NCBI GenBank assembly: GCA_002269645.1
Contig: NIVC01002358.1
Location: forward strand, 86,015 to 150,014
DNA length: 64,000 nt
Origin: Macrostomum lignano
Taxonomy: Eukaryota
Reading direction: 5' to 3'
Shown: positions 12,188 through 23,900 of the stretch, in pieces
Layout of the letters: every line of letters begins with the position of its first letter
How positions within the stretch are numbered: the first letter of the stretch is position 1
Translations under genes and position numbers: made by a program
Notes under the pieces: generated by a model
Seen by the model: the letters and a program-made list of their open reading frames with translations, nothing else
The model's database searches: none
Told to the model about the DNA's origin: nothing

Positions 12188-14488
12188 TTAATCATGTTCA
12201 AACTCTTTGAACAATGGCACAGCGCAATAACAGTCTTTGCTGAACGATTCTACTGGAACAGCGATGCAGGGTCGATCGACCTCTGAAAAATTAACTATAC
12301 GTTCGCGTCTGGCCGATCTGGGCGCATTAGACAGGGATATCAATACAAAATTGAATGTCGAAGACTTTTTGAACATGGATTCCAGCAATGCTTTCCAATT
12401 AAGTAAATCGATGGGGAAAGTTGCTGCTGGTACTCGTAAAACAAAATCAAACAGCGAACCAATGGGATCCAAAATTTGCACTCGAATAGTATTAGGCTCG
12501 AGGAACTCTGCAATAGTGCAGATTTCGCCGGACTTCAATTGGCAAAGATGGTTAGAATTTTTCGACGCACAAGCTGAGCTTGTCGAGAAAAAATGTCCAT
12601 TAAAATAAGCAAGTGAGTTTCGAAGAATACCATGTGGCCTGGATGGCTCTAAAGATATAGAGTTAACTGCATCCACTACAATAGAGTCCTTAACACAAGA
12701 AAAGTAGTGATGTAGCAACTTTTGAAACAAAAACTTGCGAACAAGCTGTGGGCCAAATGACACAGTTCCGCATAAGAACTTTTTGAACATGCCAATGGAG
12801 CTCTCAAATGCGAACATAGAATAATTAAATACAGGTCCGTACAATTCGTACTGTTCAGCCATATGCAAAAGCAGGTGGAAATTAAGGCGGAGTACTTTCG
12901 GTCCGAATATTTGCTGAGCATTGGAGATAAAAGCTTTGCATAGCTTTTCGATATCAGTCTTATTTGATTGGGGGCTATACAACATGTGATAAATAAGAAC
13001 TAAATTAGTTAACAGCAGTTTCAATGGAAAATGCGAAATTCTCTGCAAAAACGTAGGAAGAAGAAAGTATAGCGCAAAGTTTTTAAAATGCTTTGCTTTC
13101 CAATCTGAAAAGCCTTTAAAATTTGTGTTGATTGTGATGCTAGAAGGAGTTATAGATTGACGAATACAATTAGATATGAAATCCATGCAATTAGCTGAGC
13201 AAAAATACAACTCGCGCCTGTTTGCAGGTAATGACAGCTCTTCTAGTAGATACTTGGTGTGGCCTTCGAAAAAGCAGTGTAAACTGTCAATAGGATTGCA
13301 GCTGGGAAACGGAACATAGTCTAACAAGCAACTGCGCATCTTTACGCCAAAAACAGGCCGATTTCGAATTTGTGCGAGCCGACAGTGTTCAAGATGGGAA
13401 GATGGGTTTCTCAAAGGAAACAAGTAGCCTTCACCATAGCGGAAGATCCAGTTTTTACCTTTCTCGGATACTTTAAAGCTCTCACCTGGGTGCAAGCACC
13501 TAGGACAGCTAAACGCACCATTGTACTGGTGAATGCAGAAGAGCTTAGCAAGAGCGGGCAAGTCACAAACAAAGAGTGTGTAATGGACATGAACGGTGTA
13601 TTCCGAGAATATAAACTGTTTTGGCAAATTGTTCATAATTTCAGACAGAAAAGACTGGAAATGCGGGACTGCCTTCGATGAAACAAGAGCAATTAGAATT
13701 AAATTTGCAAAGCGTTGACGGATGTAAACAGGAAGGTTTAGAAGTTGAGCCTGAAATGGCCAAAAGCTACTCTGAACAGATTCAAAAAAATTGGCGCCAT
13801 CAGCTGAGATTAGAAGATGCAAGTGAAGCGACTTGCCAGAAGATAGGCTTAAGCCTTGTTCTTTAACTATTTTGGAATTCAAAACGTCTGTGTTTTTATC
13901 CTTTTGCAATTCTTGCTCATACTGCAGAATAGTTGAAGTGTGGCTGCTTAAGATAGTCCGCAGCTGTGGAACAATATTGAGCTGTGTCACAGCAACCTTT
14001 GACTTTGGGGAATGAACCTGACACTGGCTTTTGCATTCTGGGCAAAAGCCAAATTCAGACACGTCACTATCATCAAGAGGGCAAGTATCTTGAATCAATG
14101 ATTTGAGCAACTTGACGCTATTTGGAAGAGCTAGAGAATCTCTACTAAAAATAGAAAGTAGCTTCAGGAGTCTATCAAGAGCAGCCTCTGAAACTCCGGA
14201 AGTAATTGCCCACTGAAAAATCAGAGCCGCCTGCACACTGGGATCTGAGATGGAAGCCAAATTCGCTAAGCTATCTGAACTCTCCTCAAGCACAGGCACA
14301 GCATTGTTTTCACCAATAAAAGTTTCCACAGCGTCAGGACAGCTGTGCGAGTGCGTTACACCGGCTTCGCTTGAAATTGAACTCCTATTACTTGTAGAAA
14401 AACTATTTGAGGGAGAAGAAATCGCCTGACAAGAGTAGGCTGAGTAATTAGTAGAAAGAGAGTGCTCAGATTCTGATTTACTAGACAT
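12188..14488 (-). CDS. EnSpm/CACTA-type transposase, intact, 766 aa
   Basis: Uninterrupted ORF with ISADGA, CDLPA, GAFSCPRC, DSLHCFFEG, WKAKHF and NFHLLLH...YGP...SMFAFES motifs typical of CMC/EnSpm transposases. Confidence 0.88.
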   Translation of the reverse strand: MSSKSESEHSLSTNYSAYSCQAISSPSNSFSTSNRSSISSEAGVTHSHSCPDAVETFIGENNAVPVLEESSDSLANLASISDPSVQAALIFQWAITSGVSEAALDRLLKLLSIFSRDSLALPNSVKLLKSLIQDTCPLDDSDVSEFGFCPECKSQCQVHSPKSKVAVTQLNIVPQLRTILSSHTSTILQYEQELQKDKNTDVLNSKIVKEQGLSLSSGKSLHLHLLISADGANFFESVQSSFWPFQAQLLNLPVYIRQRFANLILIALVSSKAVPHFQSFLSEIMNNLPKQFIFSEYTVHVHYTLFVCDLPALAKLFCIHQYNGAFSCPRCLHPGESFKVSEKGKNWIFRYGEGYLFPLRNPSSHLEHCRLAQIRNRPVFGVKMRSCLLDYVPFPSCNPIDSLHCFFEGHTKYLLEELSLPANRRELYFCSANCMDFISNCIRQSITPSSITINTNFKGFSDWKAKHFKNFALYFLLPTFLQRISHFPLKLLLTNLVLIYHMLYSPQSNKTDIEKLCKAFISNAQQIFGPKVLRLNFHLLLHMAEQYELYGPVFNYSMFAFESSIGMFKKFLCGTVSFGPQLVRKFLFQKLLHHYFSCVKDSIVVDAVNSISLEPSRPHGILRNSLAYFNGHFFSTSSACASKNSNHLCQLKSGEICTIAEFLEPNTIRVQILDPIGSLFDFVLRVPAATFPIDLLNWKALLESMFKKSSTFNFVLISLSNAPRSARRERIVNFSEVDRPCIAVPVESFSKDCYCAVPLFKEFEHD

Positions 14489-14537
14489 AAAAATAGCAAT
14501 TCAAATATTCAAAAGTTACTAGAATTTTTTCCGCAAT

Positions 14538-16500
14538 TCACGGTCCCATTCGCCTTGAGCGGGAAATGGAATCCCCTGACTCGGGTCCAGAAGCAGCAGT
14601 TGAAGTTCGCTTTCTCGCCCGTGTCTCCTCCCTGGCCAGCTGATTGAGATGGTCTCGTACAGACTTCCAGATTTCGTGGAAGTCGTAGCCAGATGTTCGA
14701 TAGCACAATTGAAGCAAACCTGAAAATTCACGAGTATAGTAAAATATTTTTACAATAGACATTGTGTACTGTGTTTATAGTAGAAATAGGCTAAATTTAA
14801 AAGGAAGTTGATTTATGATGCTAATCATTAAATAGGTCAATGGGATGTATTGAACTTTAGAACTATTTTTCCTCAATTTCTTTTATCTCAGACCTAAATG
14901 TGTTTTTTTAGAAAATATCCCAAGTATTGGATTCAGATCATTTAGCATTAATTAGCCTAAATTGCTTTATAATAAAAAAATTGCACAAAACTGTGAAAAA
15001 ATTATATATATATATTTACGTTGAAACTCTGTCACATGCTCAGATGGAGCAGGCCTTCGGGAACTGCGAGCACCACAGGATGAATCGATTATATGCTCAA
15101 GCAAGTAGCCTTCGCCAAATCGCAGCTTGATATACCTTCGGAGGAACACCTTAGGATCGTTGCAAAGAATTGAAGACAGCTCAGCTAGGGAACCATCAAT
15201 GCACCTAAATTCCTAAAAAATGTTATTATATAGTAGAACTTTTATACTACAGACGTGATGCTGCTGATGCTAAGAAAAAACTGACATACCTCATTTTGGT
15301 ATTCTTTAATTGTTAGCATTCCACCAAAGTTGTCATCCTTTTTTAAAAGTCGGCATATCCTTGCAGCAAGACGCTTCTCAAGAGAAAGCAACTCGGATTG
15401 AATGAACAGTTTTAGATCTAGAGTAAGATATATGCTCATATATAAAAATATGGTGATTTTGATTTTTAATAATGTGATTGTATCATATTAAAAAAATAAA
15501 ATTATACCTTTCATTGTTGCATCCGATTCACTGTTTACTATCTGTACCCCTCGGAGGGGTTGCACTTCTTGAATTGCACCTAGTGATAAAAAAGGCTTAT
15601 TGCTACAAAAATATTGACTCATTTGGTATTTGGTTTTCAATTAGGTGTAATAGAATATACAAACTTGATTCCAAGAGGCCTGTGGCACGAGCTTGCTCAT
15701 TTTCAACCAAAGATGCCTCTCTCTCAAATGCAGAAATGGCTTTTTCTAAAAAATAATAATTAATCAAATAATACAACAAAAAAAACAAATTGCAAACAAT
15801 TAATAGTTCATATATATTGCAGTTTTACCCATTGATTGAGTAGCTGGTATCGCCAAATTTGGTTCGCCACTTTCACTATCCACTTCATAAAGCTCGTCAA
15901 GTAGTCCATGCTGATGACAACTAGAACTTGAAGCAACCTGCTTTGAACTAGATGACCTTATTGTCCTTACATTTGCAATGCCAGCTTGGGGATCTTTCAT
16001 TGCAAAAAGCTCAATAGCTTGGCTAATCAATGAATCAGTATTTTCAGCCTCACTAACCAAGTTGGAAAGTTGGTTCATAGTTGAAGCCATTTGCCTTTCA
16101 CTACCTTTTGCCACAAGTGTAGCAGAAAATAGTTTGCCATACATGCGTAAAAAGACTTTAGTCCCCTAAAATATAATTTAATAAAGTAATATTACATTTG
16201 TAGTTGGAATAATTTGTTTTAGAAACCATGTACTCAATAACAAAATATTATGCATATAAATCCAACTTAAAATCTTACTTGTGCAAGTTCCAACTTTTCA
16301 TCATTAGTTATTGTACTTGGCCAATAGGGAGACCCAAATGCAATGGTCACATATTGCTCATCATGGCCAACATTGTGAAGAATAAAGCAGAAAAACAATG
16401 CTGAATTGTCATTTCCAAATTTAGAAGTACTTTTTGTCTGCTTTCGAAGAGGCCTAGAATTAGATGCACTTAATCCAATATCATCCATAACAATTTGTTC
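14538..16500 (-). CDS. Spliced accessory gene of the transposon (~6 exons), possible C-terminal BEN-like helical domain
   Basis: Exon-like segments at about 16500-16278, 16168-15830, 15750-15670, 15430-15290, 15213-15020 and 14719-14538, with GT-AG edges. The C-terminal part reads PKVFLRRYIKLRFGEGYLLEH...LLQLCY...FHEIWKSVRDHLNQLAR. Boundaries are approximate. Confidence 0.55.
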
Positions 16501-17625
16501 TGAAAAAGTTTCACAAGGAGATAAGGTTTGAAGAATCAATCAAGAGGCCAATGACAAACCAATTAGAATTGTATATAAAAAAAATTTAATATAGGGACCC
16601 TAGGCCCCTATGATTTTAAATAAAAATTATAATATAAGGCCTAGGCCCTATATATAGGCCTATAATTATAAAGTTGTGCCATTGTGGATTTTCTGATACA
16701 AAGTAGACAATATTAGGCCTAATTGGGCCTAGTCTAGTCTAGTTTTGATTATAGACTGTATATTAGATACAAAGGACATGAAAGGTCTCGAAATTAAGTA
16801 CCAATTACCATAATATACTATTATTTTTTATTATTTTGAAACTGTCAGCCTACCATGTGATTTTTATCATTAGGCTATGGCCTAGGTCTAGGATGCCACT
16901 TTAGACTAGGCCTTTGGCTTTGGTTAGGCCAACCTATCATTATAAAAATGCAGCAAAATATCATTCAAAAATATACATCTAACCCCTATAGGTTATCTTT
17001 GCATCCCAAATATAATATATAATAGGGTTTCTATTTTCTAATATATCTACAAATACAATTTTCACTGAAGGAGTGAAGATCAAAATTAGCATGTCAAAAA
17101 ACCTTACAAGCCACCGAATTTTAAAACTAGCTACCAAAAGTGGAACTGGAAGTATATAGCTAAGAAAAAACATAAACATAAACATAGCACATAGTGACAC
17201 ATAATGAAATGATGACAACATGCAAGAGTGACAGAGTCCTCTTAGAAAGGAAAAATAGGCCTAGTAATTTATGTTTATGGGAAGTTAAGTCCGTAATTAA
17301 CTAAACCGAAACAAAATGGCCAACAAAATTGCTGGTAATATATTCAAAGCAATTTGTAGGTGAAGATTTTAACAAATTTATTAAACTATTTTTTGTATTT
17401 ACAATTTCGCTTTTATTAAATATATTTAAAACTTTATTAGATATACATAAAATAGCCTGAAATTTTTTATAAGCTTAGTTATTTATTTTCCCGTATGAAC
17501 TCCCTGACATGGATGATTTTACCATGGAAAGTTTTAAAAATCCATGCATGAAAATACCATGAACATGCATGATTTATCAATGGATCATGGATCATAGATG
17601 ATTTATCCATGATAAGAGAGTAGGG

Positions 17626-18311
17626 GAGTGGCCCGCGGCGCCAAAATGAGTGGCCTGCAGTGCCAAAATGAGTGCCTGTGGCGCCAAAATGAGTGGCCTG
17701 TGGCGCCAAAATGAGTGGCCCGCGGCGCCAAAATGAGTGGCCTGCAGTGCCAAAATGAGTGCCTGTGGCGCCAAAATGAGTGGCCTGTGGCGCCAAAATG
17801 AGTGGCCTGTGGCGCCAAAATGAGTGGCCTGTGGCGCCAAAATGAGTGGCCTGTGGCGCCAAAATGAGTGGCCTGTGGCGCCAAAATGAGTGGCCTGCAG
17901 TGCCAAAATGAGTGCCTGTGGCGCCAAAATGAGTGGCCTGTGGCGCCAAAATGAGCTGTGGCCTGCAGTGCCAAAATGAGTGCCTGTGGCGCCAAAATGA
18001 GTGGCCTGTGGCGCCAAAATGAGTGGCCTGTGGCGCCAAAATGAGTGGCCTGTGGCGCCAAAATGAGTGGCCTGTGGCGCCAAAATGAGTGGCCTGTGGC
18101 GCCAAAATTAGTGGCCTGTGGCGCCAAAATTAGTGGCCTGTGGCGCCAAAATGAGTGGCATGTGGCGCCAAAATGAGTGGCATGTGGCGCCAAAATTAGT
18201 GGCCTGTGGCGCCAAAATGAGTGGCCTGTGGCGCCAAAATGAGTGTCTGGTCCCAAAATTTTTTTGGGGCACCAAAATGAGTAGCTTGCGGCGCCAAAAT
18301 AAGTGCCTGTG
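17626..18311. repeat. 22-bp minisatellite (ggcgccaaaatgagtggcctgt); its first unit is split by the EnSpm insertion (head at 10880..10893)
   Basis: Direct reading of about 30 units. Confidence 0.95.
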
Positions 18312-19093
18312 GAAAATTATAGTTTTATTATAATAATAATTTTATTTCGCACTTGTATTTTTGTTTCCAAACTGTAACTATTTGTAAATGCGTCACATGT
18401 CTTCTCCAAATGCATTAAAATTGTGCTCTAATTTGTAAAAAAATGGATTGATTTTGTAGACGCGAAAGCAATGTTAAATATATTTTTTCAACATTTTCAT
18501 TATCTAAAAAATTAAAATACAGACTACTGTTCACCGATAGCTTAGAAGTAGTGCATTGAGAACATGACATACAATATTAAAATTTCTAGTGTATAAGCAC
18601 TATTGGCGGTATAATATACTGATGCAAAATCCATGCCCTGGCACCTGCGCACCGCCAATATTACGGTTTCGATCCCCTGGTCTGTTTCCCCCCCCCAACC
18701 CCCACCTCATTCAGTCAGTGCATCCCGTCAGGCCTTGGCTTCTAGGCTCTGCATTGGCGCGCAGCGTGTACCTTTCTTCTGGGTGCGAGAAAAGTGGTAA
18801 ACATCGGATTCCTTCTAAAACACCTGGTCGAGGGGCATTCATTTCTTGGGTTGCCGGCCGAAAGGCTGTATACGCTCGTAAACCTTAATTAGGGGCAGCG
18901 CAGAGTTGCTAACGAAGCGCCAGTAGAAGTCGGAAGACGCGACTTAAACAGGTTCGGCGGCTGTCCCACCGGCAGTTACTTTAGTCTCCTGTTGCAGGTT
19001 TGAAACTAGAAAATCTGAAGCCAAAACAGCGGCGCTAGCCAGGATAATTTAGCAAATTATTCAACCAGACAGCATTGCGGACACGCGCACGCG

Positions 19094-20035
19094 ATGAGCC
19101 TGACTGCCATCGCCGAGGAGCCGCCACCGTCGCCTCCGCCGTCGCCTCCGCCGAATCCGCAGCCGCAACCGGCGCCTCCTCCATCATCGCCTTCGCCTCC
19201 ACCGACGCCACCGACGCCTCCATCGCCTGCATCTCCGCAGACGCCAAACGAGTCTTCGCTGATGGACGGCGGCGAGTGCGGCGGCGGTGCCAAACCGGAG
19301 GCGGCCCAGCGGCTCGGCCTCCGGTGTCACCGCCTGCGGGCGGCCGCCTCCGCGGTGTACTATGCGGTCGCCCTGGCCGCCCTGGCCGCCTCCGCCGTCC
19401 TGCTGATCGGAGGCTTCCGCAGCGGCTCCCGCGCCGCCCTGACCGCCGGCACCCTGCTGCTGTGCGCCGCCTTCGGCCTGTGCACCAACCGCTGCTGCCT
19501 CGGCCAGCTGCTCGGCTCTCCGCCCACCGCCGCCGCCGTCGGCACCAAGGCAGCCTCGTCTCTCTCGTCGCCGTCAACGGGGAAAAAGTCGCCGCGGAAG
19601 GAGCGCCCGGAGGCGTCGGCGTCGGTGGCCGCGATGGCCAAGCGGAGCTTCCGGCTGGCCGCGGTGGCCGCCGCAGCAGCGGCGTCGGCCTCGGACGAAA
19701 CGGCAGCGGCGTCGTCTTCGCCGCCGACAACACCGCGTCGGGCGCCGCTGAACGTCAACGGCCCCCTGCTGGGCGGCGGCCGGCGCTGCTCGGCATTCGG
19801 CCTCGGCCCGGGCGACCCCGCGGCCCGCCTGGCGTTCATGCGGCAGCGCTCGGCGCCCGGCTCGGCGTCTGGCGCCGCTGCGGTTGTCGCCGGCGCCGGC
19901 GGTGGCAGCGGTGGCCGGCGGATGAGCTCCGCGCTGCAGCTGCAGCAGCTGGCCGCCTCGGCAGACGATGGCGACGATGCCGGCGGCTGCTGGATGTCAT
20001 CCGGAGGCCTCGGGGAGTTTGTCGAATTCGCCTGA
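19094..20035 (+). CDS. Intronless Pro/Ala-rich protein with two predicted TM helices (313 aa), family not recognised
   Basis: GC-rich ORF with NNC/NNG codon bias, two adjacent hydrophobic segments (AVYYAVALAALAASAVLLIGG; AALTAGTLLLCAAFGLC) and AT-rich flanks. Confidence 0.65.
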   Translation: MSLTAIAEEPPPSPPPSPPPNPQPQPAPPPSSPSPPPTPPTPPSPASPQTPNESSLMDGGECGGGAKPEAAQRLGLRCHRLRAAASAVYYAVALAALAASAVLLIGGFRSGSRAALTAGTLLLCAAFGLCTNRCCLGQLLGSPPTAAAVGTKAASSLSSPSTGKKSPRKERPEASASVAAMAKRSFRLAAVAAAAAASASDETAAASSSPPTTPRRAPLNVNGPLLGGGRRCSAFGLGPGDPAARLAFMRQRSAPGSASGAAAVVAGAGGGSGGRRMSSALQLQQLAASADDGDDAGGCWMSSGGLGEFVEFA

Positions 20036-20220
20036 TTGATTGACAGCTCAAGAATCCTGCTCCGTATTGAGCAGCTGCCGTGAACAGAAGTTCAGGCAAT
20101 TCTGACTTTCAGCACCGGTAAAATCTTTGATAAGCGGCTTTAGAGGCAAAGATAAAAGATAATGTAGCTTGACCTGTGCCAGACAATTCGATGCTAATAT
20201 ACATAAAAAAATTCTACAAT

Positions 20221-20412
20221 CGGGCGTCAATGTCTAGAATGGGGCGCCAATGTCTAGAATGGGGCGCCAATGTCCGGAATGGGGCGCCAATGTCTAGAAA
20301 TGGGGCGCCAATGTCTAGAATGGGGCGCCAATGTCTAGAAATGGGGCGCCAATGTCTAGAAATGGGGCGCCAATGTCTAGAAATGGGGCGCCAATGTCTA
20401 GAATGGAGCGCT
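20221..20412. repeat. 20-21-bp minisatellite (ggggcgccaatgtctagaaat)
   Basis: About 9 tandem units. Confidence 0.9.
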
Positions 20413-20947
20413 AAAGTCAAGTTCGGATGAAAGATCTGTACAGATACCTTAACTCTAAAACATTTGCTTATGTTTCCCTTTTATATTACTAAAAGTAGGC
20501 TTAAAAGTGTTTAACGGTATTTTTCGAGTTCGATTGAATTTTTGTTGCATGCATTACAGTCTACCTCAAAACCGCTTGCTTCACCCCAGACGCACATTTT
20601 TATTAAACTATGCGAATATTTTTGCATTCATATTTGTTACCATAGCAACTGAAGTGTTTGCTTTCTCAATTGAAATCTAACTTAAAGATTTTTCGCATTG
20701 AATTTTTTAGAAAAAGTATTGAATTAATCTGATTGCCTTGAAGTAACGCAAGTGTTTGCGAAAAAATCTAATTAATTGAATTTTTACCGGCTGGGAAAAC
20801 GGGAAAAACATCTCGAGATATAGCGAGTCAGCCTGGCTTTGTTTACTGTGGATACAGCAAATTACAGTAAGACAGGCTCGCAACTGTATTTGTTAAGGCG
20901 GAGATCTTGTCTGTCAATAAGATTTGACTTGCTGATTGAAAATGACT

Positions 20948-23900
20948 TTGAAATCGACAGCCCTGTATTTGAAATCGACAACCCTGTATTTGAAATCGAC
21001 AACCCTGTATTTGAAATCCACAACCCTGTATTTGAAATCCGCAACCCTGTATTTGAAATCCACAACCCTGTATTTGAAATCCACAACCCTGTATTTGAAA
21101 TCGTCAACCCTGTATTTGAAATCGACAACCCTGTATTTGAAATCGACAACCCTGTATTTGAAATCGCCAACCCTGTATTTAAAATCGCCAACCCTGTATT
21201 TGAAATCGACAACTCTGTATATGAAATCGACAACCCTGTATTTGAAATCGACAACCCTGTATTTGAAATCCACAACCCTGTATATGAAATCGACAAACCT
21301 GTATTTGAAATCGACAACCCTGTATTTGAAATCGCCAACCCTGTATTTGAAATCGACAGCCCTGTTATTTGAAATCGACAACACTGTATTTGAAATCCAC
21401 AACCCTGTATTTGAAATCCACAGCCCTGTTATTTGAAATCCACAACCCTGTATTTGAAATCCACAACCCTGTATTTGAAATCGACAACCCTGTATTTGAA
21501 ATCCACAACCCTGTATTTGAAATCCACAACCCTGTATTTGAAATCCGCAACCCTGTATTTGAAATCCACAACCCTGTATTTGAAATCGACAACACTGTAT
21601 TTGAAATCGCCAACCCTGTATTTGAAATCGACAGCCCTGTTATTTGAAATCCACAACCCTGTATTTGAAATCCGCAACCCTGTATTTGAAATCCACAACC
21701 CTGTATTTGAAATCCACAACCCTGTATTTGAAATCGACAGCCCTGTATTTGAAATCCACAACACTGTATTTGAAATCGCCAACCCTGTATTTGAAATCGA
21801 CAGCCCTGTTATTTGAAATCCACAACCCTGTATTTGAAATCCACAACCCTGTATTTGAAATCCACAACCCTGTATTTGAAATCGCCAACCCTGTATTTGA
21901 AATCGCCAACCCTGTATTTGAAATCGACAGCCCTGTATTTGAAATCCACAACCCTGTATTTGAAATCCACAACCCTGTATTTGAAATCGACAGCCCTGTA
22001 TTTGAAATCGCCAACCCTGTATTTGAAATCGACAGGTCTGTATTTGAAATCGTCAGCCCTGTATTTGAAATCGCCAACCCTGTATTTGAAATCGCCAACT
22101 CTGTATTTGAAATCGACAACCCTGTATTTGAAATCGAAAACCCTGTATTTGAAATCGACAGCCCTTTTATTTGAAATCCACAACCCTGTATTTAAAATCC
22201 ACAACCCTGTATTTGAAATCGACAACCCTGTATTTGAAATCCACAACCCTGTATTTGAAATCCACAACCCTGTATTTGAAATCCGCAACCCTGTATTTGA
22301 AATCCACAACCCTGTATTTGAAATCGACAACACTGTATTTGAAATCGCCAACCCTGTATTTGAAATCGACAGCCCTGTTATTTGAAATCCACAACCCTGT
22401 ATTTGAAATCCGCAACCCTGTATTTGAAATCCACAACCCTGTATTTGAAATCCACAACCCTGTATTTGAAATCGACAGCCCTGTATTTGAAATCCACAAC
22501 ACTGTATTTGAAATCGCCAACCCTGTATTTGAAATCGACAGCCCTGTTATTTGAAATCCACAACCCTGTATTTGAAATCCACAACCCTGTATTTGAAATC
22601 CACAACCCTGTATTTGAAATCCACAACCCTGTATTTGAAATCCACAACCCTGTATTTGAAATCCGCAACCCTGTATTTGAAATCCACAACCCTGTATTTG
22701 AAATCGACAGCCCTGTATTTGAAATCCGCAACCCTGTATTTGAAATCCACAACCCTGTATTTAAAATCCACAACCCTGTATTTGAAATCCACAACCCTGT
22801 ATTTGAAATCCACAACCCTGTATTTGAAATCGACAACCCTGTATTTGAAATCCACAACCCTGTATTTGAAATCCACAACCCTGTATTTGAAATCCGCAAC
22901 CCTGTATTTGAAATCCACAACCCTGTATTTGAAATCGACAACACTGTATTTGAAATCGCCAACCCTGTATTTGAAATCGACAGCCCTGTTATTTGAAATC
23001 CACAACCCTGTATTTGAAATCCGCAACCCTGTATTTGAAATCCACAACCCTGTATTTGAAATCCACAACCCTGTATTTGAAATCGACAGCCCTGTATTTG
23101 AAATCCACAACACTGTATTTGAAATCGCCAACCCTGTATTTGAAATCGACAGCCCTGTTATTTGAAATCCACAACCCTGTATTTGAAATCCACAACCCTG
23201 TATTTGAAATCCACAACCCTGTATTTGAAATCGCCAACCCTGTATTTGAAATCGCCAACCCTGTATTTGAAATCGACAGCCCTGTATTTGAAATCCACAA
23301 CCCTGTATTTGAAATCCACAACCCTGTATTTGAAATCGACAGCCCTGTATTTGAAATCGCCAACCCTGTATTTGAAATCGACAGGTCTGTATTTGAAATC
23401 GTCAGCCCTGTATTTGAAATCGCCAACCCTGTATTTGAAATCGCCAACTCTGTATTTGAAATCGCCAACCCTGTATTTGAAATCGCCAACTCTGTATTTG
23501 AAATCGATAACCCTGTATTTGAAATCGAAAACCCTGTATTTGAAATCGACAGCCCTTTTATTTGAAATCCACAACCCTGTATTTAAAATCCACAACCCTG
23601 TATTTGAAATCGACAACCCTGTATTTGAAATCCACAACCCTGTATTTGAAATCCGCAACCCTGTATTTGAAATCCACAACCCTGTATTTGAAATCCACAA
23701 CCCTGTATTTGAAATCCACAACCCTGTATTTGAAATCCACAACCCTGTATTTGAAATCGACAGCCCTGTATTTGAAATCCACAACACTGTATTTGAAATC
23801 GCCAACCCTGTATTTGAAATCGACAGCCCTGTTATTTGAAATCCACAACCCTGTATTTGAAATCCACAACCCTGTATTTGAAATCCACAACCCTGTATTT

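Larger units (their letters stand above)
10894..17625 (-). mobile_element. Full-length EnSpm/CACTA (CMC superfamily) transposon, 6732 bp
   Basis: TIRs CCCTACTCTCCTTGCATGGATAAATCAT and CCCTACTCTCTTATCATGGATAAATCAT match at 25/28. GA TSD. Subterminal CATGGA-rich repeats. Removing the element restores ggcgccaaaatGAgtggcc, the unit of the adjacent array. Confidence 0.9.

Noticed and set aside
11072-18553. CACTACT...AGTAGTG as CACTA element termini
   Set aside because: Only 7 bp match and there is no TSD. The CCCTACTCTC pair at 10894/17625 has a 25/28 match, a TSD and a reconstructable empty site.
19035-20099. Alternative overlapping ORFs (19075..20043 +, 19035..19733 -, 19360..19839 -)
   Set aside because: These are shadow frames of GC-rich coding DNA that are Arg/Pro/Gly-rich and lack structure. 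The same applies to shadows over the zinc-finger, SIN3 and SCARB exons.
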